Origin: Acidimicrobiales bacterium | GTDB taxonomy: Bacteria; Actinomycetota; Acidimicrobiia; Acidimicrobiales; Bin134 | NCBI GenBank assembly: GCA_965208785.1 | Contig: OZ242356.1 | Location: forward strand, 2,562,929 to 2,626,928 | Length of the DNA stretch: 64,000 nucleotides | Reading direction: 5' to 3' | In this document: in pieces, positions 42,463 through 55,014 of the stretch | How the letters are laid out: every line of letters starts with the position of its first letter | Numbering within the stretch: the stretch's first letter is position 1 | Notes under the pieces: model-generated | Told to the model about the DNA's origin: nothing | The model's input: the letters and a program-made list of their open reading frames with translations, nothing else | Databases searched by the model: none | Position numbers and translations under genes: made by a program

Positions 42463-43650
42463 CTACTTGCGGCGCTTCTCGCGGGGCAGGCCGAGGCCGG
42501 CCATGCCGATGATGTCGCGCTGGATCTCGTTGGTTCCACCGCCGAAGGTCAAGATCCAACAACCCCGGTACGACTCCTCCATCCGGTGGGAGAAGTCGGC
42601 GTGGGGCGAGCCCTTCTTCAGATGCCCGGTGGCCCCCACCACCTCGGTCAGCCCCGAGTAGATGAGATGCATCGATTCTGAGCCCCACACCTTGATGGTG
42701 GATGCCAATGCGGGGTTCAAGTTGGCGCCCACCGTGGACTCGTAGGCCACCTTCCAGTTCAGCAGGTCCAAGAACTCCACCCGGGCCCGGCACTCGGCCA
42801 GCTTCACCTGCACCCACTCCTGGTCGATCACCCGGCGGCCGTCGGACAGCTTGGCCTCTTTGGCCCACTCAACCGCTTGGTTGACCAGGTTGGCGATTCC
42901 ACCGGAGGCGCACAGCGACACCCGCTCGTGGTTGAGCTGGTTGGTGATGAGGCCCCAGCCCCCGTTCACCTCGCCCACCCGCAGCCAGTCGGGCACCCGC
43001 ACGTTGTCGTAGAACGTGGCCGTGGTGTGGCTGTTGCCCATGGTGATGAACGGCTGGATGTCGAAGCCGGGATCGTCGGTGGGGGCCAAGAACATGGTGA
43101 TGCCCTTGTGGGCCGGGGCGTCGGGGTCGGTGCGGGCGGCCAGCCAGATGTAGTCGGCGTCGTAGGCCAGGCTGGTGAACATCTTCTGCCCGTTGATGAT
43201 CCACTCGTCGCCGTCTCGCACCGCCCGGGTTTTGAGCGCGGCCAGGTCGGTTCCCGCGGTGGGCTCGGAGTAGCCGATGGAGAAGTGCATCTCGCCGGCC
43301 AGGATCTTCTTCAAGAAGAAGTCCTTCTGGCGGTCGGTGCCGTAATCCCGGATGGTGGGGCCCACGGTGTTGATGGTGAGGAACGGCACCGGCACCTGGG
43401 CGGCCCACGACTCGTTGAAGAAGATGTACTGCTCGATGGGGGTGAAACCCTTGCCGCCGTATTCCACGGGCCAACCCACCCCCAGCCAGCCGTCGCGTCC
43501 GATCTGGCGGATCAGCGTCTTGTAGTCCTCGTTGGCCTCGGTCTCGGCGTGGCGGATCTTCTCGCGCACCTCGTCGGTCATGAGGTTGGCGAAATACGTC
43601 CGCAGCTCCTGCTGGAGCTCCAGTTGGTCATCGGTCAACTCGACGCGCAT
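42463..43650 (-). CDS. acyl-CoA dehydrogenase family protein
   Basis: 395 aa. GWLGVGWPVEYGG, INGQKMFTS and FGGGTNEIQRDII. Lies 18 nt upstream of the next ACAD. Confidence 0.9.
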   Translation of the reverse strand: MRVELTDDQLELQQELRTYFANLMTDEVREKIRHAETEANEDYKTLIRQIGRDGWLGVGWPVEYGGKGFTPIEQYIFFNESWAAQVPVPFLTINTVGPTIRDYGTDRQKDFFLKKILAGEMHFSIGYSEPTAGTDLAALKTRAVRDGDEWIINGQKMFTSLAYDADYIWLAARTDPDAPAHKGITMFLAPTDDPGFDIQPFITMGNSHTTATFYDNVRVPDWLRVGEVNGGWGLITNQLNHERVSLCASGGIANLVNQAVEWAKEAKLSDGRRVIDQEWVQVKLAECRARVEFLDLLNWKVAYESTVGANLNPALASTIKVWGSESMHLIYSGLTEVVGATGHLKKGSPHADFSHRMEESYRGCWILTFGGGTNEIQRDIIGMAGLGLPREKRRK

Positions 43651-43722
43651 GGCCCAAGTCTGGCAGCCCCGGCCAGATTAGGGCTATCCAGGGTTGACGG
43701 CTATGCCGATAGCCTCTCGGCA

Positions 43723-44334
43723 ATGCTGGTCATTGGGCTCACGGGGGGGATCGGGGCGGGGAAGTCCACCGCGGCGGCCCGGTTTGCCGAGTTGGGGGCG
43801 GCGGTGATCGACGTGGACGCCATCGGGCGCGACGTGCTGGCCCCCCGAGGGAGGGCCGAGCGGGAGGTGATCGACGCCTTCGGGCCGGGGATTCTGGGCG
43901 AGGACGGCCATATCGATCGGGCCAAGGTGGCCGCCGAGGTGTTTGGGCGGCCCGAGCGGCTGACTGCGCTGGAGGCCATCAGCCATCCGGCCATCAACGC
44001 CGAACTGGAAATCAGGCTTCGGGGCTTGGCTGATGGGGGAGAGGCGCAGGTGGCGGTGCTCGACATGGCGGTTTTGACCGAGAGCCGGCTAGGGCAACTG
44101 GAGTCGGGGAGGGGCTACACCCAGGTGGTGGTGGTGGAAGCGCCTGAGGAAGTGCGCTTGCCCCGGCTTCTTGAGCGAGGCCTCACCAAGGAGCAGGCCC
44201 GGGCCCGCATGGCCAGCCAGGCCACCGACCGACAGCGCCGGGCGGCGGCCGATTACGTGATCGTGAACGACGGCACTCCCGAGGAGCTGTCGGCGGCCGT
44301 CGACGAAGTTTGGGCAGGGCTGACCGGCGGTTAG
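43723..44334 (+). CDS. coaE: dephospho-CoA kinase
   Basis: ORF 42877..44334 trimmed to ATG 43723. MLVIGLTGGIGAGKST P-loop and ISHPAI segment. Confidence 0.9.
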   Translation: MLVIGLTGGIGAGKSTAAARFAELGAAVIDVDAIGRDVLAPRGRAEREVIDAFGPGILGEDGHIDRAKVAAEVFGRPERLTALEAISHPAINAELEIRLRGLADGGEAQVAVLDMAVLTESRLGQLESGRGYTQVVVVEAPEEVRLPRLLERGLTKEQARARMASQATDRQRRAAADYVIVNDGTPEELSAAVDEVWAGLTGG

Positions 44335-44344
44335 ACCGAGCCGG

Positions 44345-45553
44345 TCAGGAGCGGGGGACCTGCTCCCACGGCTGTCCCTTGAAGGGATCGGGTTCTTTGG
44401 GCAAGCCCAGAACCCGCTCGCCGATGATGTTGCGCTGCACCTCGTTGGTGCCCCCGGCGATGGCCATGGCCGGCGCGCCGATGACGGCGCTGGCCCATTC
44501 GCCGGCGCCGTCTTCGGCGGCATCCCAGGCCTGGCCGGACGCCCCGGCCAGCTCGATGGCCACATTGGACGCCTGCCGGCTCAACAGAGCCGCGTTCAGC
44601 TTGGCGATGGAGCCCTCGGGCCCCGGTGCTCGGCCCGACTCAGCCGCCTGGCGGATCCGCATGCCGATGAAGCTCTGGATGCGCTCGCGTATGTAGAGGT
44701 CGGCCAGCGCGTCGCGCACCACCGGGTCGCCGTTGCGGTCCCTCTGCCGGGCCTCTTCGATGAGCGTGGCGCTGCCCATGGATCGGGACATGGCCCCGCT
44801 GCCCCCGGCCCCGATGGCCACCCGCTCGTACATGAGCATGGCCACCGCCACGTTCCAGCCGTTTCCCTCGCCCCCGACCAGGCAATCGTGGCCCACGCTC
44901 ACATCGGTGAGGTAGATCTCGTTGAAATGCGAGCTCCCGCTGATCTGGCGCAGCGGCCTGATGTCCACGCCGGGCAGCGACAGGTCCACTATGAACATGG
45001 ACAGCCCCCGGTGCTTGGGCTGGGCGGGGTCGGTGCGGGCCACGCACAGCCCGTACTCGCAGTACTGGGCGCCCGAGGTCCACACCTTCTGGCCGTTCAG
45101 CACCCACTGGTCGCCGTCGCGCACCGCCCGGGTGGACAGCGAGGCCACATCGGAGCCGGCGCCGGGCTCGGAGAACATCTGGCACCAGATCTCGTCGCAC
45201 CGGATGATCCGGGCCTGGTGGCGGGCCTTCTGCTCGGGGGCGCCGAAGTCGTTCATCACCGGCAGGCACATTCCATGCGAGATGGCGGCGGGCACCAGGG
45301 GCGCCTGGTATTGGGACAGCTCCCGGTTGAACACCTCCAGATAGCTCTTGTCGAGGCCCTGTCCGCCGTACTCCGCCGGGTAGGTGATGCCCCCCAGCCC
45401 GGCGTCGGCCAGCGCCTGGTGGAACAGGCGGCATTCGGCCACCAGCGATTCTTCGGTCCACTCCACCGGCGGCTGGCTGCGGGGCACGGCGTTGGCCTCG
45501 AGGAACTCCCTGGCCCGCTCTTGGAAGTCCTCGTGGGTGATGGTCATGGCCAA
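44345..45553 (-). CDS. acyl-CoA dehydrogenase family protein
   Basis: 402 aa. LNGQKVWTSGA and AGGTNEVQRNIIGERVLGLP. Confidence 0.9.
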   Translation of the reverse strand: MAMTITHEDFQERAREFLEANAVPRSQPPVEWTEESLVAECRLFHQALADAGLGGITYPAEYGGQGLDKSYLEVFNRELSQYQAPLVPAAISHGMCLPVMNDFGAPEQKARHQARIIRCDEIWCQMFSEPGAGSDVASLSTRAVRDGDQWVLNGQKVWTSGAQYCEYGLCVARTDPAQPKHRGLSMFIVDLSLPGVDIRPLRQISGSSHFNEIYLTDVSVGHDCLVGGEGNGWNVAVAMLMYERVAIGAGGSGAMSRSMGSATLIEEARQRDRNGDPVVRDALADLYIRERIQSFIGMRIRQAAESGRAPGPEGSIAKLNAALLSRQASNVAIELAGASGQAWDAAEDGAGEWASAVIGAPAMAIAGGTNEVQRNIIGERVLGLPKEPDPFKGQPWEQVPRS

Positions 45554-45617
45554 AGACTATGAAAGAGCGGGCGGTCCGAACTAGTGGTGCGTCCCGGAAA
45601 CAGCAGCTCGTGTCCTC

Positions 45618-46820
45618 CTAGGCGGCGGGCCGAACGGCCTCGGCGGGATCCATGCGGGAAGCCCGCCATGAGGGATACATTCCGGCCACCAGCCCCACTC
45701 CCAGGGTGACTCCCAGGCCGATGCCGATGAACGACAACTCCACCATCATCGGCCAGTCCAGTATTCGGGTGGCCGCGGCCACCACGGCGACACCGAGCAC
45801 GGTGCCCGCCAGGCCGCCGAGCAGGGTCAGCAGCATCGACTCGATGAGGAACTGCGCGGCGATGTGCTTCTTCTGGGCGCCGAGAGCCCGACGCACCCCG
45901 ATCTCACCCCGCCGCTCCAGCACCGAGATCAGCATGATGTTGCCCACCCCGATGGCGCCCACCACGATGATCACCACCACCAGCAGGCTGAGCAGCGACT
46001 CGAAGTTCTCGCTGATGATCTCCCGGGCCTCGAGATCAAGCGATGACACCGCCACCTCGCCGGGCGCCTCGGGGTTGGCCTGGCGGGGCAGCAACTGCCG
46101 AACCTGCTCGATCACGTCGAGGTCGGCCTGCACCCAGATGCGCTCGGGGTTGTCGTCGGCGTCGTAGAGCTCTTCGGCGACGGGGAATCCAATCAGGGCG
46201 GCCCGGTTCAAGGTGAGCCCCTGGCTGATGGTGAAGGGTTCCAGCACGCCGATCACCGCGAACTCGTGACCGGAGATGTGGACGGTGGGATTGGCGTAGA
46301 GCTGGTCGAAACCCAGAACCCCGGCGGTGTCGGACCCGAGGACAACCGTGGGCACCTGCAAGGTGGCGGCATCGTGAAACCGGCCGTGTGCCACTCCGCC
46401 CCGCAGCGGAATCATAAGGTCCAAGTCGTCGACTCCTACCGCGAACAGGCGGATGCCTCCCGTCTCCACTTCAGGGATGAGGTCGGTCTTGCGCATCGTG
46501 GCCGGTACCCGGCGGATGGATGCCACCGCATCCACCAGATCCCGCATGTGGGTGTCGATGGCGGCGGCGGCCCCGGGCAGCAGCTCGGGATCTTCGGCAA
46601 AAGAGGTGCCAGGGGTCAGCTCAAGCACGTCGATGCCCTGCTCCAGCAGATCCCGCTGGGCGTCGGCCTCCCCGGAGTTGATGATGCCGACCAACGCCAC
46701 CAGCGAGGCCACGCCGATGGCGATGCCGACTGCGGCCATGGCCGTGCGGCCCTTGCGGGTACGGAGTCCCAGCGTCCCCAATGACAGCGCATCGCGGGCT
46801 CGCAGTTTGCTGCGCGCCAT
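45618..46820 (-). CDS. ABC exporter permease (FtsX/MacB-type)
   Basis: Trimmed to ATG 46820 (MARSKLRARDAL...), 1 nt after the ATPase stop. N-terminal TM helix, large extracytoplasmic domain, and a C-terminal FtsX 3-TM bundle with RRGEIGVRRALGA. Confidence 0.85.
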   Translation of the reverse strand: MARSKLRARDALSLGTLGLRTRKGRTAMAAVGIAIGVASLVALVGIINSGEADAQRDLLEQGIDVLELTPGTSFAEDPELLPGAAAAIDTHMRDLVDAVASIRRVPATMRKTDLIPEVETGGIRLFAVGVDDLDLMIPLRGGVAHGRFHDAATLQVPTVVLGSDTAGVLGFDQLYANPTVHISGHEFAVIGVLEPFTISQGLTLNRAALIGFPVAEELYDADDNPERIWVQADLDVIEQVRQLLPRQANPEAPGEVAVSSLDLEAREIISENFESLLSLLVVVIIVVGAIGVGNIMLISVLERRGEIGVRRALGAQKKHIAAQFLIESMLLTLLGGLAGTVLGVAVVAAATRILDWPMMVELSFIGIGLGVTLGVGLVAGMYPSWRASRMDPAEAVRPAA

Positions 46821-46821
46821 A

Positions 46822-47559
46822 TCAGGCTTCCGCCGAGTCTCGGCTGCCGGCCGCGGGGTCACTCGGATCGGTTGCCGAGTCGTGGCTGATGCGGCCGTCG
46901 AGAATGGCCACCGATCGGGGCATCCGGGCGGCCAGATCCCGATCGTGGGTGATTATCACGATGGTGGAGCCCGCTCGATTGAGCTCCAAGAAGAGCCCCA
47001 CGATCTCCTCGGTGGTCTGGGAGTCGAGGTTGCCGGTGGGCTCGTCGGCCAGCACAATGGCCGGGTCGCCCAGCAGGGCGCGTGCGATGGCCACCCGCTG
47101 GCGCTCACCGCCGGAGAGCTTTCCCGGCCGATGGCCCACTCGCTGGCCGAGCCCGACCCGCTCCAGCACCTCGCGGGCCATCTGCCGCCGCCAACGCAGG
47201 CTGGCTCCCTGATAGAGGGCGCCGGTGGCCACGTTGTCGAGCGCCGACAACCCCTCCAACAGGTGGAACTGCTGGAACACGAAGCCGATGCGCCGTCCTC
47301 GGACCGCGGCCACCTCCCGGTCGCGGACCCGCGACAGCGACTGCCCGTCCACCACCACCTCGCCCGAGCTGGGGCGGTCGAGCGCCCCCATGATGTTCAA
47401 CATGGTGCTCTTGCCCGACCCCGAGGGGCCGACCACCGCCACCAGCTCGCCGGCTCGAATCACCAGGTCGACCCCGTCTAGGGCCCGAACCGGCGGCGAG
47501 CCCGGATAGTGCTTTACCACCTGGTGCAGCTCCAGCACCTTGCGGGGCTCAATCGTCAT
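46822..47559 (-). CDS. ABC exporter ATP-binding protein (MacB/LolD-like)
   Basis: 245 aa. GPSGSGKST and [15 protein letters not shown]. Confidence 0.9.
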   Translation of the reverse strand: MTIEPRKVLELHQVVKHYPGSPPVRALDGVDLVIRAGELVAVVGPSGSGKSTMLNIMGALDRPSSGEVVVDGQSLSRVRDREVAAVRGRRIGFVFQQFHLLEGLSALDNVATGALYQGASLRWRRQMAREVLERVGLGQRVGHRPGKLSGGERQRVAIARALLGDPAIVLADEPTGNLDSQTTEEIVGLFLELNRAGSTIVIITHDRDLAARMPRSVAILDGRISHDSATDPSDPAAGSRDSAEA

Positions 47560-47604
47560 CAGGACTCGCCTTTGGCTGCTGTACGGCTCGGGGCCGTACC
47601 GGCA

Positions 47605-49452
47605 TCAGGGGATGCGCACCAGGTCGCCCACCTCGAGGTCGCCGGCAGTGATCTCGACGAAGGCATCGACGAACGTGCCCACCTCAACCGGCACCAAGGT
47701 GGTCGACCCGTTGGCGACCACCTCCACCGCGAAGTCGCCGTCCACCGTGGCGATCAGCGCCGATGCGGGCACCACCAGGGCGTCGGGGGTTACCTGCTTG
47801 GTGATGGTCCAATTGACCGGCGCCGCGTCGAAGCGGGCAGAGGCCTCCTCGTCCAGCAAGATGATGATGACCTCGATGGTGGGATCGGCCAGCCCGCCGG
47901 TCTGAGCATTGGGCAGCCGCTTGGCCACCCTGGCCACCTCCGACACGATGCCGGGACTGACCCGGCCATCGGGCAGCTCCACCTCCACCTCGTCCATTTC
48001 GTTCACGATCTCGGCATCGCCGGGATCGATGTTGCTGACGATCTCCTGGTACTGGCCGGTGATGGAGAACGCGGCCGCTTGGGGGCCCAATTGCTGGCCC
48101 ACCGTGACATTCACCGACGAGATGCGGAAGGGCTCTTCGATGAACACCACGAAGCCCATGTCGATGATGCCGGTCTCGTCCACACCCAGGCGGTTCTGCC
48201 ACTCTTGCACCACATCCTCGGTGACCGGGGTGAAGTTCTCGTTGACGGTCATCTCCTCATAGCCGGGAATCTCCATGTCGGCCAGCGCCTGCTCGAGCTG
48301 CTGAACGTCGGGCCCGTCTTCCATCTGGCTCTGGAAGGGCCGGTACATGGGGCGGTCTCCCCGCAGCAAAACAACCGGATAGCTGTTCACCTCGAAGAGG
48401 GTGGCGCCCACGTCGAGCACCTCGCCCTCTTCGGGCAGGCGCCCGGTGACGATGCCGGAGGTGTTGGTGTAGAGCGGTTCGGGGTCGCCGAAGCCCAGCG
48501 TGCCCGAGAACTCCTCGGTGTCGATCAGATCGCGCCGCACCACTTCTGCGGTGTTCAGCTCCTCGGTGTCGCGCAGGATCCTCTCAGGGATCGAAGAAGA
48601 GGCCGAAGGCGTAGTCACGCCATCGGTTCTCGGCGCGGGGAGTTGGGTTCTGGCGATGCTCTGGGTGGCTGTTGTGGTGGCCGGCACCGGAGGGGCTGGG
48701 GTTTCGGGAGGCGCAGCAGCGGCTTGGTTGGGCTCGGCTCCCCCAAGCACCGGCAGGCACACCCGCAACGCCGCCTGGATCTCATCGGTTGCGCCGGAGC
48801 CGTCGCCTTGTCCGGGGAAGCCGGTGTTGGGATATTGGCCGAAGTCGGGGTCGGGGAAGTCGTCCACCCCCTGATTCCGCATGCACTGGGAGAACGCCAC
48901 CGCGTTCTCTTCTCGTTCCGCCTGTTGCACGTTGGCGTCCTGCTGGGGCGCGAGGGCGATCAGCTCGCTGAAGACGCTGGCGCAGGTTTGGAGCGCGGGG
49001 GCCAAACCGGGCTGGGTGAAGCTCACGCCGGCCTCCTGCATGGCTCTGAGGAACGAGGCCTGGTCCACGATCTGCGAGCTGTCGATGTCGGGGAAGTCGG
49101 GGAAACCCTCGTCGCGGATGCAGCGGGAGAAGTCCACGAAAACCTCGTCGCGCAGCCTCAGCAGCTCTTCCTCGGACAGCTCGGCCTCGCCTTCGGTGTC
49201 GGCTTGGGCGGGAACCAGCGGTTCCACCGCTTCGTCCGGCTGCACTTCAGCCGGAGCGGGCGCCGGCGTGGGCGCAACCGGGGGATTGGCCGCGTTCTCC
49301 AGGGCCTCGAACAGCCCATCGGGCAGCACCTCGCCCAAGTCGGTGGTGGTTACCTCGTTGGTCTCTTGGCCCGCGGCACCACAGGCACCGGCAACCAAGG
49401 CCAGGGCCAGCAGGGCGGCGGACATCCATCGGATTTGTCTTGAGTGCTTCAT
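47605..49452 (-). CDS. lipoprotein periplasmic-adaptor (HlyD/MFP-like) with a long N-terminal extension
   Basis: Start at ATG 49452 (MKHSRQIRWMSAALLALALVAGAC lipobox). The C-terminal beta-barrel-like segment (ALVVPASALIATVDGDFAVEVV...VEVGTFVDAFVEITAGDLEVGDLVRIP) is typical of membrane-fusion proteins. Confidence 0.7.
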   Translation of the reverse strand: MKHSRQIRWMSAALLALALVAGACGAAGQETNEVTTTDLGEVLPDGLFEALENAANPPVAPTPAPAPAEVQPDEAVEPLVPAQADTEGEAELSEEELLRLRDEVFVDFSRCIRDEGFPDFPDIDSSQIVDQASFLRAMQEAGVSFTQPGLAPALQTCASVFSELIALAPQQDANVQQAEREENAVAFSQCMRNQGVDDFPDPDFGQYPNTGFPGQGDGSGATDEIQAALRVCLPVLGGAEPNQAAAAPPETPAPPVPATTTATQSIARTQLPAPRTDGVTTPSASSSIPERILRDTEELNTAEVVRRDLIDTEEFSGTLGFGDPEPLYTNTSGIVTGRLPEEGEVLDVGATLFEVNSYPVVLLRGDRPMYRPFQSQMEDGPDVQQLEQALADMEIPGYEEMTVNENFTPVTEDVVQEWQNRLGVDETGIIDMGFVVFIEEPFRISSVNVTVGQQLGPQAAAFSITGQYQEIVSNIDPGDAEIVNEMDEVEVELPDGRVSPGIVSEVARVAKRLPNAQTGGLADPTIEVIIILLDEEASARFDAAPVNWTITKQVTPDALVVPASALIATVDGDFAVEVVANGSTTLVPVEVGTFVDAFVEITAGDLEVGDLVRIP

Positions 49453-49466
49453 GATGTTGGACACAA

Positions 49467-50267
49467 TCACCTCCGTTTGAACTCCGGCTTCCTCTTCTGG
49501 CTGAAGGCTAGAGGCCCCTCTTTGGAGTCCTCGCTCTGGAATACCCTCCAGCCGTACTCGAACTCGTGATCCAGGGCCTCTTGCTCGGTCATGCCGTCGG
49601 TCTCGTGCAGGGTGCGCAGAATGGCCTCCACCGCCAGGGGCCCGTTCTCGCAGATTGTCGCCGCGATCTCCTTGGCTTTGGCCAGGGCCTGGCCGTCGGG
49701 GACGACATGGCCGATGAGGCCGATGTCTTTGGCCTCGGCCGCGGTGATGTGCTTGCCGGTGAGCAGGATCTCTGCGGCGTGGGTGTAGGGGATCTGGCGG
49801 CGCAGCCGCACCGCCGAGCCACCCATCGGATACAGCGACCAGCGGGCCTCCGACACCCCGAACCGGGCGCTCTCACCGGCCACTCTGATGTCCATGGCCT
49901 GGAGTATCTCGGTGCCCCCGGCGATGGCCACCCCCTCGACGGCGGCGATGATCGGCTTGGTGGGCCGGTAGCTGCGCAACAGCGCCTTCCAGTGGAGCTC
50001 GGGGTCGGCAGCTTGGCGGGCGGCCATATCGATCTCGGGGTCGGAGTTGCCGGCGTCGCCGCTCATGGCCTTGAGGTCGGCGCCCGAGCTGAAGTTGCCC
50101 CCCGCGCCGGTCACGATGATGCAGCGGATGTCGTCGCTGTTGGATGCCTCCTCGTAGGCGTCCAGCATTCGCACCAGCATCGCCCCCGACAAGGCGTTGT
50201 ACCGCTCGGGGCGGTTCATGGTGATGATGATGGTTTGACCATCTCGTTCCACAATTGCGTCGGGCAC
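49467..50267 (-). CDS. enoyl-CoA hydratase/isomerase (crotonase) family protein
   Basis: 266 aa. [27 protein letters not shown] and [15 protein letters not shown]. Confidence 0.9.
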   Translation of the reverse strand: MPDAIVERDGQTIIITMNRPERYNALSGAMLVRMLDAYEEASNSDDIRCIIVTGAGGNFSSGADLKAMSGDAGNSDPEIDMAARQAADPELHWKALLRSYRPTKPIIAAVEGVAIAGGTEILQAMDIRVAGESARFGVSEARWSLYPMGGSAVRLRRQIPYTHAAEILLTGKHITAAEAKDIGLIGHVVPDGQALAKAKEIAATICENGPLAVEAILRTLHETDGMTEQEALDHEFEYGWRVFQSEDSKEGPLAFSQKRKPEFKRR

Positions 50268-50352
50268 CGGCTCATCTCCTTTGTCGTGCCTTGGCCCGCG
50301 GCCCCGCGCACCTTGGCAAACTAGTGGGCCGGCCGTTGCCGGAGCAAAACGG

Positions 50353-53259
<2,907 letters not shown>

Positions 53260-53274
53260 GGGCGATCGGATGGC

Positions 53275-54372
53275 TCAGGGGGCAACCGCAGCCGCGTCGG
53301 TCAGCCCGTAGCGGTTGAAGGGCCCGAAGAAGCCGTGCTCATACAGGCCGTAGCCCACGTTGCCGTCGTAGGTGTAGCGGGCCACATGATCCACCACCCC
53401 GTATTGGCCGATCGGCTTGACCTCTTTCTCCACGCTCAGCACCTTGCCCTGCACTACCAGGTCGGGCCCCTGGTACATGCCATGGCGCCAGTCGGCGTCC
53501 ATGCCGTATCCGGTGCCCACAGATACGAAGTTTACCAGCAGGGGCTGGCAGTCGATCTCGATACCGGCTTCGGGGAACGTGATAGCGGAGTGGGTGAGCA
53601 CCCGGGTGCCCGACTCGAAGGTGTGGCTGTGCTCGGGACGGCCCAAGTCCTCGTCGGGGCGGCCGTCGGCCCACACCCGCCTGCCCTCCACCAGCCGCCG
53701 GCTGCCGTCGTCAGCCTCGTTGTTCATGTAGAGCACGGCGTGGTCGTCGAAACCCATCGGAAAGTAGTTCCACATGCCGGACATCACGTTGACCCCCTGG
53801 CGGATGCCGTCGCCTTCGGGCTCGCCCACTGGGCGGATCCCCCACGAGCGGTCTCGGGCGCCGCCCCACCGGTCGGGGGTTACCGCGTAGTCCTCACCGC
53901 CCACCGACAGGGTGCCCTCCCACCGGCCGAGTTGGGCGAAACGCTGGGTGTTGAACACCACCCGCCCTTCGCTGCGGATGAACTGGTTGGGCTCCTCGAT
54001 GGCCCGGATGGCGGCGTCCCAGGTCACATCCATGGCGATGGTGTGCTCGTTGGGCTCCACGATGAAGCGCACCTTCTGGAGGGGTTCGATCACCTCGATC
54101 CGCATGGGGCCTACCGACATGTCCATGCGGTCGGTGAGGGGCCGGGAGCCTCGGATCACATGGTGCTCGTCGCCCCGGCGCACACAGCAGAAGGCGTCGT
54201 GGACGCCCAGATTGGGATACTGGCCCATGCCGAAGATGGCGAAAAGCTCGTCGCTGGAGCCGTGCATGCAGAAGTAGTTGCGGTCGTAGAAGTTCCGGTC
54301 GGAAGTGGCGGCGTTGCGGATCCAGTCAGGGGACTGGTGAACCGGGAACTCATCCCAAGAGGAGATGGCCAT
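53275..54372 (-). CDS. conserved hypothetical protein (365 aa)
   Basis: Long ORF with the codon bias of neighbouring genes, ending 15 nt upstream of gcvP. I could not assign a family (WDEFPVHQSPDWIRN..., RDRSWGIRP...). Confidence 0.7.
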   Translation of the reverse strand: MAISSWDEFPVHQSPDWIRNAATSDRNFYDRNYFCMHGSSDELFAIFGMGQYPNLGVHDAFCCVRRGDEHHVIRGSRPLTDRMDMSVGPMRIEVIEPLQKVRFIVEPNEHTIAMDVTWDAAIRAIEEPNQFIRSEGRVVFNTQRFAQLGRWEGTLSVGGEDYAVTPDRWGGARDRSWGIRPVGEPEGDGIRQGVNVMSGMWNYFPMGFDDHAVLYMNNEADDGSRRLVEGRRVWADGRPDEDLGRPEHSHTFESGTRVLTHSAITFPEAGIEIDCQPLLVNFVSVGTGYGMDADWRHGMYQGPDLVVQGKVLSVEKEVKPIGQYGVVDHVARYTYDGNVGYGLYEHGFFGPFNRYGLTDAAAVAP

Positions 54373-54467
54373 TGCTGTCCTTTCAGTAGCCGTTGCGCGG
54401 TGGCCTACCTTATGCCCTCGCAGCGACAGCTACAGAAGGAAGGCAGCAATGGCAGACATGGTGGCCT

Positions 54468-54490
54468 TGGTTGCCAGCGGTGGTTGCCAG
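54468..54490. promoter_or_regulatory. 10-bp direct repeat TGGTTGCCAG x2 (3-bp spacer) in a divergent promoter gap
   Basis: Copies at 54468..54477 and 54481..54490. Lies between the hypothetical-gcvP operon and the DUF35-thiolase-P450 operon. Confidence 0.3.
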
Positions 54491-54533
54491 TGGTGTTGGC
54501 GGGCCGAGTGCAGTTCGTGCCTAAGCTTCGGCC

Positions 54534-54986
54534 ATGACGAGGCGCCAAATGGCCGCGGTGGAGGGGCTGTTTACGCTGGATGCTGATGAGCCTCGGTTGA
54601 TCGGGGGAAGGGCTCGTAGCCGGGGCTCTTACTTCTTTCCTAAATCGTTGGCGGGCTCGGATCCGGCTTGTCTGGGCGACGAGATCGACGAAGTGCTGCT
54701 GAGCCGCACTGGGCGGCTGTGGTCGTTCACCACCGGTGAGTACGCCCCGCCCGCGCCCTATGTGATTCCCGACGACGAGTTCGAACCCTACGTCGTTGCC
54801 GCGGTGCGGCTGGCCGAGGAGAGCTTGGTGGTGCTGGGCCAAGTGGTGGCGGGCGTTTCGGTGAGTGATCTTTCGGTGGGAATGGAGATGGAATTGGCCC
54901 TTGGTGTGCTCTATTCCGACGACGAGCATGACTACTTGGTGTGGAAGTGGGCGCCAGTGGGGATGAGCGAGAACGGAGAAGGGTGA
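54534..54986 (+). CDS. DUF35 OB-fold / zinc-ribbon acyl-CoA-associated protein
   Basis: 150 aa. Size, OB-like C-terminal half and position directly upstream of an SCPx-type thiolase match the usual DUF35-thiolase pairing. Confidence 0.75.
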   Translation: MTRRQMAAVEGLFTLDADEPRLIGGRARSRGSYFFPKSLAGSDPACLGDEIDEVLLSRTGRLWSFTTGEYAPPAPYVIPDDEFEPYVVAAVRLAEESLVVLGQVVAGVSVSDLSVGMEMELALGVLYSDDEHDYLVWKWAPVGMSENGEG

Positions 54987-55014
54987 TGGACGAGGTTGGT
55001 CAGAAGGGAAGCGG

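Noticed and set aside
43699-43714. GGCTAT-GCCG-ATAGCC inverted repeat upstream of coaE
   Set aside because: The arms are only 6 bp, there are no other copies, and no regulator is nearby. A nearby TTGACG/TAGCCT pair has 11-nt spacing, too short for a promoter.
45575-45590. Recurrent AACTAGTGG(TG) string (4908, 45579, 50319, and similar at 7729)
   Set aside because: Exact recurrences of 9-11-mers are expected many times by chance in 128 kb of two-strand sequence. The contexts differ, and one copy is inside the Fic coding region.
47581-47599. 7-bp stem-loop (GTACGGC-TCGGG-GCCGTAC) between the adaptor and ATPase genes
   Set aside because: It is short, has no U-tract, and sits inside an obviously co-transcribed operon. 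It is not strong enough to call a terminator.
54373-54533. Possible glycine riboswitch upstream of the hypothetical-gcvP operon
   Set aside because: Reading the minus strand, I did not find the conserved GGAGAG / CACCGAAGGGGCAA / CUCAGGC-type elements or tandem aptamer architecture. An Infernal run is needed for certainty.
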